Positions 1 through 10,658 of a DNA stretch of 46,667 nucleotides are shown here, piece by piece. This DNA is from Dimargaris cristalligena (Eukaryota), in contig ML002293.1 in the NCBI GenBank assembly GCA_003614675.1, positions 1 through 46,667 of the forward strand, read 5' to 3'. Every line of letters begins with the position of its first letter. Positions within the stretch are counted from its first letter, which is position 1. A model generated the notes under the pieces. It ran no database searches. It was not told the DNA's origin and saw nothing but the letters and a program-made list of their open reading frames with translations. A program made the translations under genes and the position numbers.

Positions 1-172
1 AATCGTCGGCGTCGGTGATGAGGGCCGTGGTGAGAGCGGAAAAGGACGATGGGTCATCGGTCAGGTCGAAACTGTCCGCGCCGCTGTCCGGGGCCCGGCG
101 CGCGTAATCGTGGAGGGGGATATCCTCGTCATGGGAATGGGAGCTGACCTCACGGTGAGTCAGGGTGTTCAT
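1..172 (-). CDS. 5' end of an unidentified protein-coding gene running off the left edge (MNTLTHREVSSHSHDEDIPLHDYARRAPDSGADSFDLTDDPSSFSALTTALITDADD...)
   Basis: ACC-ATG at 172-170, then 57 open codons to the window edge with strong C/G third-position bias like the other genes here. No recognisable domain in the visible part. Confidence 0.55.
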   Translation of the reverse strand, partial: MNTLTHREVSSHSHDEDIPLHDYARRAPDSGADSFDLTDDPSSFSALTTALITDADD

Positions 173-1775
173 GGTCAAAAAACAAAAAAAAACGGGAGCT
201 AACCGAGCTTCCAGTGTATTCAGTCCGAGGCCGAGGCTGAGATTGAGGTTGAGGTTGAGGTTGTGGGGTTGATGAGAGAAGGGGTGGGGTGGGGTGGGAT
301 AGAGCGGAGTTATCGAGCCGTCGTTGGGTTTAAATATTTTTTACGGAGTATAATATAATAATTGGCCGGGAAGTAAAAGATATGATATATATATATATGC
401 ACAAGTGGGGGATAGAGTGTGTGGCGATATGCAATAATTGCAAGTGGGCCAGCCGATAGAAGAGCAGCACAAGCAACGTCAAGGTTACTTTTGCTCAAAC
501 AACCATCGTGGAAACCTCGATGCGCTTGGAATAGATGCCAAAAACCTGTGGAACAGCAATGCAATGCGGTTATGGAGCGAGAAGGTAGGAAAGAGAGATG
601 GAATAAAAGGCAGAGGCAGATGAGCGGACTACCGATAAGTGACCCTCGGGTAGTGTCAACAACAGCAGACACTAAAATGAGGTAAATAGAAGCGTAGAGA
701 ACTAGAAGGAAGAGAGGAAAGGAAAGGACTGAGCAGGAAGGAATACCTCGCTTGAATTTTTCAAGGCCTTTATACCGACGTTTCAAGGAAAAGGCCAACG
801 GGGGAGAAGAGGGAGCGGACTCCCTTTACCTTTACTATACCCTATAACTAATAGTCCTATACTACTTACTCCCTTTAATTCCCTCCAATGGCACGCACTA
901 TTTTAAATAAATAGCAATATTTCCAACCAAGATAAACTATTAAATTCATCTCATCCCAATTGGTGTCATGTAAAGCGGTGACTGGTTTTCCATTGGTCCC
1001 ACTCTACCCCCCCGTCACCATGGTTGATCGACGTCACTCATTCGGCGGGACATTGGCCTCTTTTACCGTTTGCTTCGTCACCCCCTCCTGCCGAACGATA
1101 TACAGCGCCTCTCCTAAAGACAAACAGATAAATGAATCTGGCTAATCATGGAACGGACACTACTCCCTCCTCGCCCAGCAATTCCGCATATTATACGATC
1201 TACAAGATACAACGCCCTAAGTGTCTGTATATATTATATCCAGAGCAGAAAAATGTGCGCAAGGGCCTCGTACTATATTTCGGGTCTACCTCCCATGTGA
1301 ACCAGTGCCATGTTCAACACCATTAACAACCACAAAATGTAGTGTATTTAAATGTATGTAAGGTGAGAGAGAGTGTGTGTAAGAGAGAAATGACAAATGG
1401 TTAGGCCAAGTGAGTTAGAATGACAGAATATTGGGTGATACCGATAATTGTAGTAAATAGCAGTAACCACAATTGGGAGAAACAGCGAAGATAACTTGGG
1501 GGAATGGAGCTAGATTAAAAATAAATGGAACGGGGCGAATTAGATGGATATCATCGGGGAGTAAGCAAAGCGCCGCCTTGAAATGGGTGTATAAATACCC
1601 CCCCCCTTCCCTTTACGACTCAAAGGGATGCCATAAAGGGTAAAAAGGCGGCTGGCTATGTGGGTGAGAGCACACGAAAGGGAAAGGCGAGCGATACATA
1701 TATATATATAATGAGGCCCGAGGGCCCCCCTATTTAGATATGAGCTGCTACCCCCCACCGCATTAACACCACCCG

Positions 1776-4700
1776 TTAATTAAAGATCTTGATGGACCGT
1801 TCACTGCCGCGGTAGGTTCGGTACGACTTCGAGACGCATTCCACTCTCAGGGCCACCTGCGAATAGTACTTTTGGCCAGTGGAAGAATGGGCCGCTGCGC
1901 CACTCGTGCTAACGATCATATGGTGGTAGTCCAGTACATAGTCGCTGAATTCGGGCCGGTCCACCATGGCATCACCCTCCCCCGCTTCGCCCTTTTCTTC
2001 CGCCGGATCATCCACCCACGTTGGGCTGTAGTGCGATTCCAGCAGACCAGCCGTCGCCGCGGCCATGCTCCGGAACTGCACCGGTAGCATGGCCACCAGT
2101 TTCATCTTGTGGAACTCCTTGTCGCCCGCCCCCAGTCGGCGTTGCAGTCGGGCCTTGGTCTTATCGGTGCTCTCGCCCGCTCGGACCAGAAGGAAGAAGG
2201 GTGTACCGTGGCATCGGTTTAGTTCGCGGTCGAATAAGGACACGGGAACCAAGACAAAGGGTACCTGGCTGACTGCACTGTCCACTACCTCCTCCATCTC
2301 CTCCCCTGCTTCCTCGTCGACATCTTCTTCAATACTGCCCGTAGCCCCATCCTCGTCACCACTCACCCCGCTAGCGCTGGCGCTATCCAGCTGCTCCGAT
2401 ACGCCCGCCGATTCCTGGGCCCGGATAGCCAGTTCCTCGTCCTCGGTCATAAATTCGGCGTACAACATGTTTTCCTCGACCAGGTTACTGACCGGATCGT
2501 GCGAACTGAAGACTTTGTTTACCATATGCGCTACTGAATCGTACACGCGGATATGGCCGAACGATTGAGTTGGGGGTGGCACTACCGCTGGGGAACCCGC
2601 AGCGGGGACGGAAGTCGGGGACTGGATGTGGAAATGCTCAATATATTTAGTCAGTATTTTAGCCTCCAATTCCCCCACCGTGGCGGTCTGCGCTACTACC
2701 ACATCGAAAGTCACCAAGTTGCGAATATTGCCTCCTTGAATCCAGTTGACACTATAGGCACGCTGGGATTCTAGCTCCTCTAGGGTGACGGGGAGCACTT
2801 CGTACAACAGCGACACCCCCTGCGTGGGGGTGGGGACGTAGTCCCAAGTCCGGGTCATTTCGGACAACGTCATATTAGGTGTCCGCTTGACCACGTTAAG
2901 CATACCCTGGGGTCCCCGAACCAGGCCACGCACGTCCGAGGCAGCGTTGGGGGTAATTAGGCGAATTTTACGGGGATCACACCCGATGCGCTCGGCTAGG
3001 CTCTCCGCGACCGAATCGTAGGGTAACCGCTTTTGCAAACGCAAGACCACCGTCGGCCACTGGGCTTTGGAGTCGGCTTCTCCATTGGGCAAATGAGTCG
3101 TCGATCCTAGATGTACGTCGACGGCCGCTGATGAAGGCGGCGGCGACGTGCGAATACTGTCGTAGTCGGATACATCACTTTCCGCCGGATCATAAGGTTC
3201 GAACTTCACGCGCACATTATTGGCGTAATTTTCGAAATACCCAATCACGGTGCCCATGGGACCACTCACCCCCACCGACGCCGGGGTCTTTTGGAAGCAG
3301 ATGATGTCCCCGTTCTGCATTTCCGAGCTCACAAAAGTCCGGTTAAAGTCCATGCGGTCGATAAGCCCGGGTTTGATTTCCTCGTAGAGGGCCAGTGGAG
3401 TCCCTTCGGCTAAACCGGCGCGGGCGATCAGGTCGGGGACAATGTCGCTAATGAGGCCATTTTGCGGGACGTAGATGGGGCCCAGTCCCGTCAGTTTAGC
3501 GGTGGTGGGGTCGTAGTACTTCAGGTGCAGCAAAAAGTGGTCGTGATCCAGCGCCCCAAAGGGTTCCTCGGGACCTAAGCCCGAGGACTCGCGCTGCTCA
3601 ATATAGAAGCGGAGATTCGCTCCTTTGGGCGATTTGTGGTCCTTGACGTACTGGAGGTCGACGTTGGGCGCCTCTTGAATCATAAAGTCGGGCCGAATCG
3701 TTTTATTTTGGCGCGAAATCATGAGCCACATTCGGAAACTGTCAATATCCAGGTTGAGTCGCTCGGCAATCATGGCCTTGTAGCTCGTGGTGGAAGTGGT
3801 CCGGGGAACCCGCATACTGATGGGGCACAGGGGAGCCTCGGCGTCTTTGGTATCCCAGTTGTCCAGAAAGCTGACCAGATCGAACCCGTCGTGGGCCTTG
3901 ACAATAGCATCGGTCACCAGTTTAGTATCAATGGACATTTGGAGTTCCAGTTGCTCCCGCTTTTGGATCTCCTGGGCGCGGTTCTCGTGCTCGATGCGCC
4001 GCTTGAGATGTTTCGGGATGTCTTCGGCAGTCACGGGGGCCAGAATCTTGTCGATGGCACTATCCTGGATGTAGACCAACATGTAGGCGTTGGTGTAGCG
4101 GGACGGCGCCCGGGCGACATTACGGGCGGCCGGCGGGGCGGGGGCCGGTGGGTTACGCCCACTCAGTCCGGAAATGGGCCGTACGGGGATAATGGCCTCC
4201 CCGCCGTAATTATCTTCCATCACTTCACGGTCGGTGACGGGCACCACGCGATCGTCGTCGAACTTGAACCAGCGGCCATCTTTCTCGGGTTTAATGAGGG
4301 CAAAGTAATGGCCCCCGGACAGATCCCCGCTGTGCACCAACACCCCGTGTAAATGGTACAGGGTGGAACCGACATGGTCGGCTTCGGGCGATAGAAAATC
4401 GACCAGATCAATTTGGTAAGGGAACTCGTGGCGGTCGTTGATCTTAACCATGGAGTCGCGCATCATATCGTACTCGAACCGTTTGAGTTGCAGGTGGAGG
4501 ACGGGCGGGAATTTCTCAAAGATCACACCCTTTTTGGCGTCCTGCAAACCGAATCCCTCGGCCATGTACTTGTTGTCGCCCTCCAGCATTTCTTCGGCGA
4601 TGTAATCCTTGAAAGAATCGTAGAGGGTCCGGCAACCCTTGACATTGAGTTGGATATCGTAGTAGTTTTCGGTCCGGGACGATTCGTAGTCGACGTTGAC

Positions 4701-6195
4701 GCACTTAATATAGCTCTTCATGCGGCCCACAAAGAGGTTGGAGATGGCCCCTTCGGCTGCCGTGTTCTTCATTTTATTCTCGAGATTGTCCTGGAGCACC
4801 CGGTTGAACTCCTGCACGTCGTGCTGCATGAACGAATCCAGCGAATCCCATCCGAAGGACCGGGTCAGCTCGGTGGTCTCCACGGTGGTTTTGGAGAATT
4901 GCAGGTTATAGAAGACCCGTTGCATGGCCAAGGCCACACTCTTGGTGGGGTTTTCGTCTTCAGTGGGGATCTGGTAGGTGGCCTTGCGAAAGTAGTTGGT
5001 GAAATACAGGGACTGCAGCAGCGAGTTCATGTAGCAGGTTGCCCCCTGATTGTGCAGACCAACATGGCCCGTCTCCTTCTTGGAGTCGTAGTTGTTGAAG
5101 TTATGCCAAAGGACACCGGTGGGGTCCCGTACGATTTCAATGAACACGGTAAGCACACACGAGTCGTTCTCGAGAACGGGGCGCCGGGAAGGACCGGAAG
5201 GCTCAATGGCGAGGCGGTAGTCCATGAAACGGGTGAACCCCCAATCGGTCTCCTGCGGGTTGAAGCGGTGGTAGGCGTTATTGGTGTAGAAATGGGAGGG
5301 GTCCTCCGAGTTGGACATTGCCACGACAAACTGGGCGCAGACGACCCATTCCGGCTCGTCCTTTTCGTGGACGCACTCTAGATACATGGATATACACTCG
5401 GGCGCCCCATTCCCTTCGGGGAAGACGAGCATGCGCCACTGTTGGCCGCCCAGTTCGAATATGGGGCTATGGGCCCGTCTGGCCAGCTGGCTAAACTTAG
5501 GGATGGGCCAGTGGTACGCTCCGGAACTGATCACATCGTATTCCAATACGGGTAGTGCCTGCTTTAGCACTTCGAGGTCTAGGGGTTAACGAGGCGGGGC
5601 ACAGTGGGTTAATAGGAAAAAGAAGGGGGGTTAGATACGGGGAGGTGGAAAGTAGAGAGACCTTCACGGGCTAAGCAGGATATGGAAGTTACGGGAGGCA
5701 ATAATGGTGGAAGGAAGTACTGGGGAGTAGGTTACAGAAGCCGCTTTAGGAAGTCGGCGCAACAAAAAATGGAAGGCAGTGGACGCTTACTATGAATGCC
5801 CTGGGGCGGATGGGACTCGGGGTTCTCCGCCGGTTCGGGAGCGGGGACTGAACTCTGGTCCATATCGTCGCCAGCAGGTACGTCGAGTGGGGGCGGCTGT
5901 GGGGTCTATGAGAGGGGAATACAAGCGGGTGCGGAAGGATGAACAGAATATTAGAGGGCTGTGAGAAGAGGTAATCCGGATGACGAGAGGCAGGTGTTGC
6001 TTAGCCTACATGGAGGGCCGTTTGCGGGTAGTTTCCCCTTTCTCTCGCCTCTTTCCCACCCAGGTGACTTTGGCAGCTGCTGTTGGCTTGGACAATTGCC
6101 AAGCCTGCCTTTCGGAGTGGAGAATGGTATAGGGGGCTTCGTAGGTGGATAAACAGTACAGGCTGACTTCCCCGAACCCTAGATAGACTTACCAT
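1776..6195 (-). CDS. UBP15: Ubiquitin carboxyl-terminal hydrolase, USP7/Ubp15 family (MATH + USP catalytic + UBL repeats), about 1306 aa, 3 coding exons
   Basis: MATH domain (WRMLVFPEGN...DWGFTRF), Cys box GLHNQGATCYMNSLLQ, QHDVQEF, His box VLVHSGDLSGGHY, and USP7-like C-terminal tail RSIKIFN. Inferred exons are 6193-6195 (ATG|GTAAGT), 5791-5905 and 1776-5578, joined in frame by GT-AG introns. The two upstream exons are less certain than the main exon. Confidence 0.95.
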
Positions 6196-6608
6196 TGCCA
6201 AGGAATTATAGGGAAACGGCAGGGGGTGGATCGGGTCGATATATATATATATATAACGAGGGAATGGAAAGGTTAACGTAGGGAAGAGGTGACCCAACGA
6301 GTGCAAACAAGCGCTAGCGGTCGGAAAAGTCAGGAAAAAAGAGGGATGGTCAAACGAGAAAAAAGAAATAGCAAAGACTAGCGGGAAAGAGAGTGAGAAC
6401 AGTTGAGGGCATGTGTTGGAGGGCGTGAGTATGACTATGAGTTTAGGAGGGTCCAGCGGAAAGGGCCGCAGGCGGAGTATGCGGGGAAAGGGACCACCGG
6501 GGTGGGCAAAGCAACTGGAGTCCTGAATAACAAAGGCCGGTAAGGAACCTAAACTGGCGTTGTTGTTGGCCTATTTGGCTCAACTACACTGAGAATTGTT
6601 GCTCGCAA

Positions 6609-6687
6609 GGTTTGGGCTCCACAGCTATACTATCATGGTTTGGGCTCCACAGCTATACTATCATGGTTTGGGCTCCACAGCTATACT
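6609..6687. repeat. Tandem repeat, 28-bp unit GGTTTGGGCTCCACAGCTATACTATCAT, about 2.8 copies
   Basis: Identical copies at 6609-6636 and 6637-6664, and a 23-bp partial copy at 6665-6687. Confidence 0.95.
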
Positions 6688-7961
6688 GTAATGTATATCG
6701 GCGGGGGTGATTAAGCCAGCCCCATGGCTATAATGATTGCCAATGGCGGTGGCATGTCAAAGGGAATATCAAAAGGCCCATCAAGTGGGAAAAGAGACTT
6801 GCTGATCAAGTCCTGAAACGACCGCCAAAGACACCAACGGTCTCGGAAATCCAGGGGGCATTTTCATGCTATGACCACGACTATTTAGCGTGTGCCTGCA
6901 ATGTGTCCCCACTTCGACTGTACGGCCGCCATTCTGCTAAGCAACCCAGGACCACCTCAACGAACATGTACTGTTTTTCCTCGACTATTTATGGGGATCT
7001 CAAAGCGTCGAAAGATACATTGTAGCAACAATACGGCAATCCAGTCTAAATTATGATTGAAATCTACACCGAGGTTTCTTAACCGACAAACTAAAAAGAG
7101 CCCCCTCTCCCAATAAATTAGGATGCGCCTTTAGTGGCTGTTGTCCACAAATATTAATAGTAGGCTAGATTAGCTAGTTAGGTTGTCGACCTTTGGTCAA
7201 TCCAGTCCCCCATATAGCGGAAACGACCCGACCATGGAAGGGGTGTATACGTCAGGTAAAAGGAAGTTCCATGAAACAATGGCAGAGAATCTTGAGGTTT
7301 AGTACTGGGTAAATTAATACTCCACCAACCGAGAGTGCCCCTCCCCCGTGAGGCATTGATGCGGAACTGCAGACAAGGTGACTATTTCCTGGTGATAAAA
7401 GTACACTCGACACCCCGCGTAGAATTCGAATGATTCTTAAGTAATATTATGGTACGGTGTCCAGGTGGAATACAATGGCATTCTCATAGACCCCAATACC
7501 CGCTTGTTCGCCAGCCGTTTGCATTCGAAACAACCCCCCCCCCTCCACGTGTACGGGAAGGTGCCTCCAAGGGGCGGACCAGCGGAGGGCCGGGTTATTT
7601 TTATTACCAGCCGGAGTATTATTTTGCCCTTATCTTTTCGATTCCCTACTACTTTCCAAGTGAGTCGATTTTATAGGCAAGAGAATAAGAAGATAACGCC
7701 CACACACTAATAACTAATACAAACTCCTCTTATTATCGATTAAGCAAGTCACCTGATTTCTGATTCGCCCATCTTATTAATTACAACTGCCCCGACATTT
7801 GCGGATGAGATGCTCGCAAATGAATGGGCTGGGCAAGCGACGGGGTGTGCCATTAAAGTCTAATTACTCAGCCGTCGCTAAGCCAACGTTTCAGTTGCTG
7901 ATGCATACATACTATTAATACGCCGCTTCTGCTCTTCCCCTTTACCTATTCCTTTTGCTCC

Positions 7962-8001
7962 CTACTCTACTCTACTCTACTCTACTCTACTCTACTCTAC
8001 T
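7962..8001. repeat. (CTACT)8 pentanucleotide microsatellite upstream of GLO1
   Basis: Direct reading of the sequence. Confidence 0.9.
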
Positions 8002-8068
8002 CCATTCTATTCCATTCTATAGTATCTTATCAACTTATCAGCCCTTCCCAACTATCTAGCTCTCCACC

Positions 8069-8989
8069 ATGGCCAGCCAGACTACCAATCCCTCGTCCTA
8101 CCGCTTTGTAAGTGTGCCGAAGGGCCCCACCCAGTGGAGGGGTTTGGCCTTGCAATGCCAGCGCCCTTCTCTGTGCATTCTGAATGTGCAGTCCCGTCAC
8201 TTGCCTCTTGTATCCCGGTGTCGGGCTGGGCAACTGCCCCTAAAGCCTTCCGACTAATAGTATGCTTCTATTATTGCTGTACTCGCCTATACCACCCACC
8301 CTCTCCCCATTCACCGATAGAACCACACCATGTACCGGGTCAAGGACCCTCAGGTGTCCATTAAGTTCTACACCGAGGTACTTGGCATGAGGTGAGTTGA
8401 CGACTTATATGGTATATGGACCTCGGCCGTGGCTGTGGCATTGGGCCCTATAGATATCGCGGTATTATGTCAGCTGCTGGTGTATAGATTAACCAAGCAT
8501 ACTCTACCCCTGTCCTCACACACACACACACACACACACTCTCTCTCTCTCTCTCTCTCTCTCTAATGGCTCCCCTCCTCCCAATGCCTGTTGCTACTAA
8601 GTCTGCTGAGGAAGATGGACCACCCTGATGCCAAATTCACCCTCTACTTCCTGGCCTACTCGGACGATAAGAAGTCCTCCGCCGAGTATGATGATTCCGT
8701 CACGATCGAGTCCAAGCTGTTCGGTCGCCAGGGTGTACTCGAACTTACCCATAACTGGGGCACCGAAAATGACAGCTCCTTCGAAGGCTACCAAACCGGC
8801 AACGGCTCGTCACAGGGTTACGGTCACATTGCCATTGCGGTCGACGATGTCCACTCCGCCTGTGAGCGTCTCGAAAAACTGGGCGTACCCTTCAAGAAGC
8901 GCCTCCAGGATGGTCGCATGAACAATATTGCGTTCATCACTGACCCCGATGGCTACTGGGTTGAAATTATACCCTGCCCCGGCCAGTAA
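8069..8989 (+). CDS. GLO1: Lactoylglutathione lyase (glyoxalase I), single-domain form, about 165 aa, 3 exons
   Basis: Exons 8069-8107 (MASQTTNPSSYRF|GTAAGT), 8321-8391 (NHTMYRVKDPQVSIKFYTEVLGM) and 8602-8989 join in frame. Signature motifs: FTLYFL, LELTHNWGTE, GYGHIAIAVDDV and AFITDPDGYWVEI. Confidence 0.95.
8517..8564. repeat. Compound (CA)n(CT)n microsatellite in GLO1 intron 2
   Basis: Direct reading of the sequence. Confidence 0.9.
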
Positions 8990-9421
8990 TTTCCCGTGTT
9001 TGTAAAGGGAGCATTGGCCCACTGATCCAAGACGATGAGCGGGGGGTTTGATCAGAACTTCGTTGTTCGATGGCTGTGTATACCCCCTTATGATTCAACC
9101 GGACTACTGGGCTGCTAAACCCGCTTTAATAAATTACCGAGTGGTATAGTAAATATTTTACGATTGGAAAACGCAACATTTATTGATGGGGTGATATGGG
9201 GTAGAACGCAATGGAGGGAGGAACTATGTATGCAACGACTAAATAATGGGTATATGATTGGAGGCGATTGACTAATCATCCTATAAATGATTTGTGCGGA
9301 GGGAGGAATATCACCAATAAGCCCAAATAGGGTATAGATTTCTGACCATAATGTAAGAGAAATCAGCCGGCTAGTCCGAAACCGGCCTACTAAAAGCCCA
9401 ACCGCCATTCCACGGTGGTGG

Positions 9422-9787
9422 TTATTCCTCGGCAGTTTCCTCGGTAACCATATCCGACGAATCCTGGCGACAACCGTGGCAGCGGTTATTACTGAAGTGA
9501 CTGCGAATGCACGAATGGCAACGGTCGCCCCAGTGGTGGCGCCGCGGGCACGGGTGACAACGATTATTCCAATAGTAGCGGCGCTCGCAATGGTGGCAGC
9601 GGTTATCCCAGAAATATTTGCGTTCGCAGTTGTGACAGCGGTTGTCCCAGTAGTGGGAGGTGGTGCAGCGACTACAAACTAGGGCAGTGGTGGCGGCATC
9701 GGCGGAATTATCGGGACTGGTGGTATCGGCCAGGGCGGCAGTGACGGTGGTGAGAAACAGAATAAGGGTGGAATTGGCGACCTTCAT
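9422..9787 (-). CDS. Small secreted cysteine/histidine-rich repeat protein, 121 aa (signal peptide plus 13-aa CxxC repeats)
   Basis: ACC-ATG at 9787 and a signal-peptide-like N-terminus MKVANSTLILFLTTVTAALA. Five 13-aa repeats of type CHxCxRxYxWDNR plus a sixth CxxC. TATAAAAA about 100 bp upstream. The longer 171-aa ORF start in the track is unlikely. Confidence 0.85.
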   Translation of the reverse strand: MKVANSTLILFLTTVTAALADTTSPDNSADAATTALVCSRCTTSHYWDNRCHNCERKYFWDNRCHHCERRYYWNNRCHPCPRRHHWGDRCHSCIRSHFSNNRCHGCRQDSSDMVTEETAEE

Positions 9788-9887
9788 GGTGGGGGAGTAA
9801 TTCTGATAGGGGAGGGGTAGCTGGCAATGGACTGGGGGTCGGAGTCGAATAGGCGAATGTAGTTCTCCTGTGAGAGAGCGGAGGGAC

Positions 9888-9895
9888 TTTTTATA
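9888..9895 (-). promoter_or_regulatory. Putative TATA box of the secreted Cys-rich protein gene
   Basis: TATAAAAA on the minus strand about 100 bp upstream of the ATG at 9787. Confidence 0.5.
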
Positions 9896-10658
9896 CGCAA
9901 TGGGGCGAGACGGCCCTAGCTTACGACCGAAAGTCATCCGAGACTGCCTTTATTAGGATCGGATTGGGGAGGGAGGCGGAATATGATAATTCGCCGAGCT
10001 GTCTGAACAACGTGGCGCTTCATAGCGAATTGACAAGGCAGCTGTTACACGACATTGCTATGAGTCCGAAGGGACCAAGCCCCGAATTCGGCTCCGCTGG
10101 CTAGGGTTAGCTCCGATTAATCACACCCGTCCTCGTTTAGCAAGACGGGGCTGATCACAGTCCATTAAATATCGGCTGCGCCATTCGGACAATAGTAGGA
10201 ATAGTAGTTAGTCGACGACGAGGCCTTGGCTGGAATAAGACTCGCGGTCTATAAACGGGCTACATACATATAAGTGCCGGTCCCTTGTCTCACTTAGCCT
10301 GTCGCCTACTTAAAGGGTTGTGCCGCATGGAAAAACACCGCTATTCCAGGGTGCGGGGGAGGGACAGTCACCCTCCTCCTTCTCTCAACTTCGCCCAGGT
10401 GACCCTGGCGGGCAGAAGAGGTCCCTTGTTTCTTCCCCTCTATTGGCTTCTCCTTTCCCATTCCCCCTTCTTCTTCTCCTTTCTCTCGTTTATTTGACTG
10501 TTGGCAACTTTCTAAACTCCGGTCTTTCAAGTCCATTGCACCCCTTGTATTATCGTTTTAAAAAACCCCCCTCTTTCCCACCAACGAGCCCCCATTGGCG
10601 TACGTCCTGTGTTCTTCTAACCCAGGCTTCCTTTACTTGTTGTATTTACCCCGCGGGC

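Noticed and set aside
3636-5381. 238-aa and 322-aa plus-strand ORFs antisense to UBP15 (and similar shadows on CPR, RPL21, MRPL10 and the DUF3020-like gene)
   Set aside because: Expected from strong GC3 codon bias on the sense strand; the translations have no recognisable motifs.
6711-7025. 104-codon stop-free frame after the 28-bp tandem repeat
   Set aside because: No early ATG, no convincing splice sites, no codon bias and no recognisable homology. It could be a decayed gene but cannot be supported.
9470-9676. Multiheme cytochrome c interpretation of the CxxC repeats
   Set aside because: The His lies inside the motif (CHxC), not after it; no CxxCH heme-attachment motif is present.
10320-10658. 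N-terminal extension of the HSV2 ORF from a non-ATG start (likewise 23182-23502 for CPR and 9788-9937 for the Cys-rich protein)
   Set aside because: Pyrimidine-rich UTR-like sequence with bacterial-style start calls; the downstream ATGs fit the protein families and start context.
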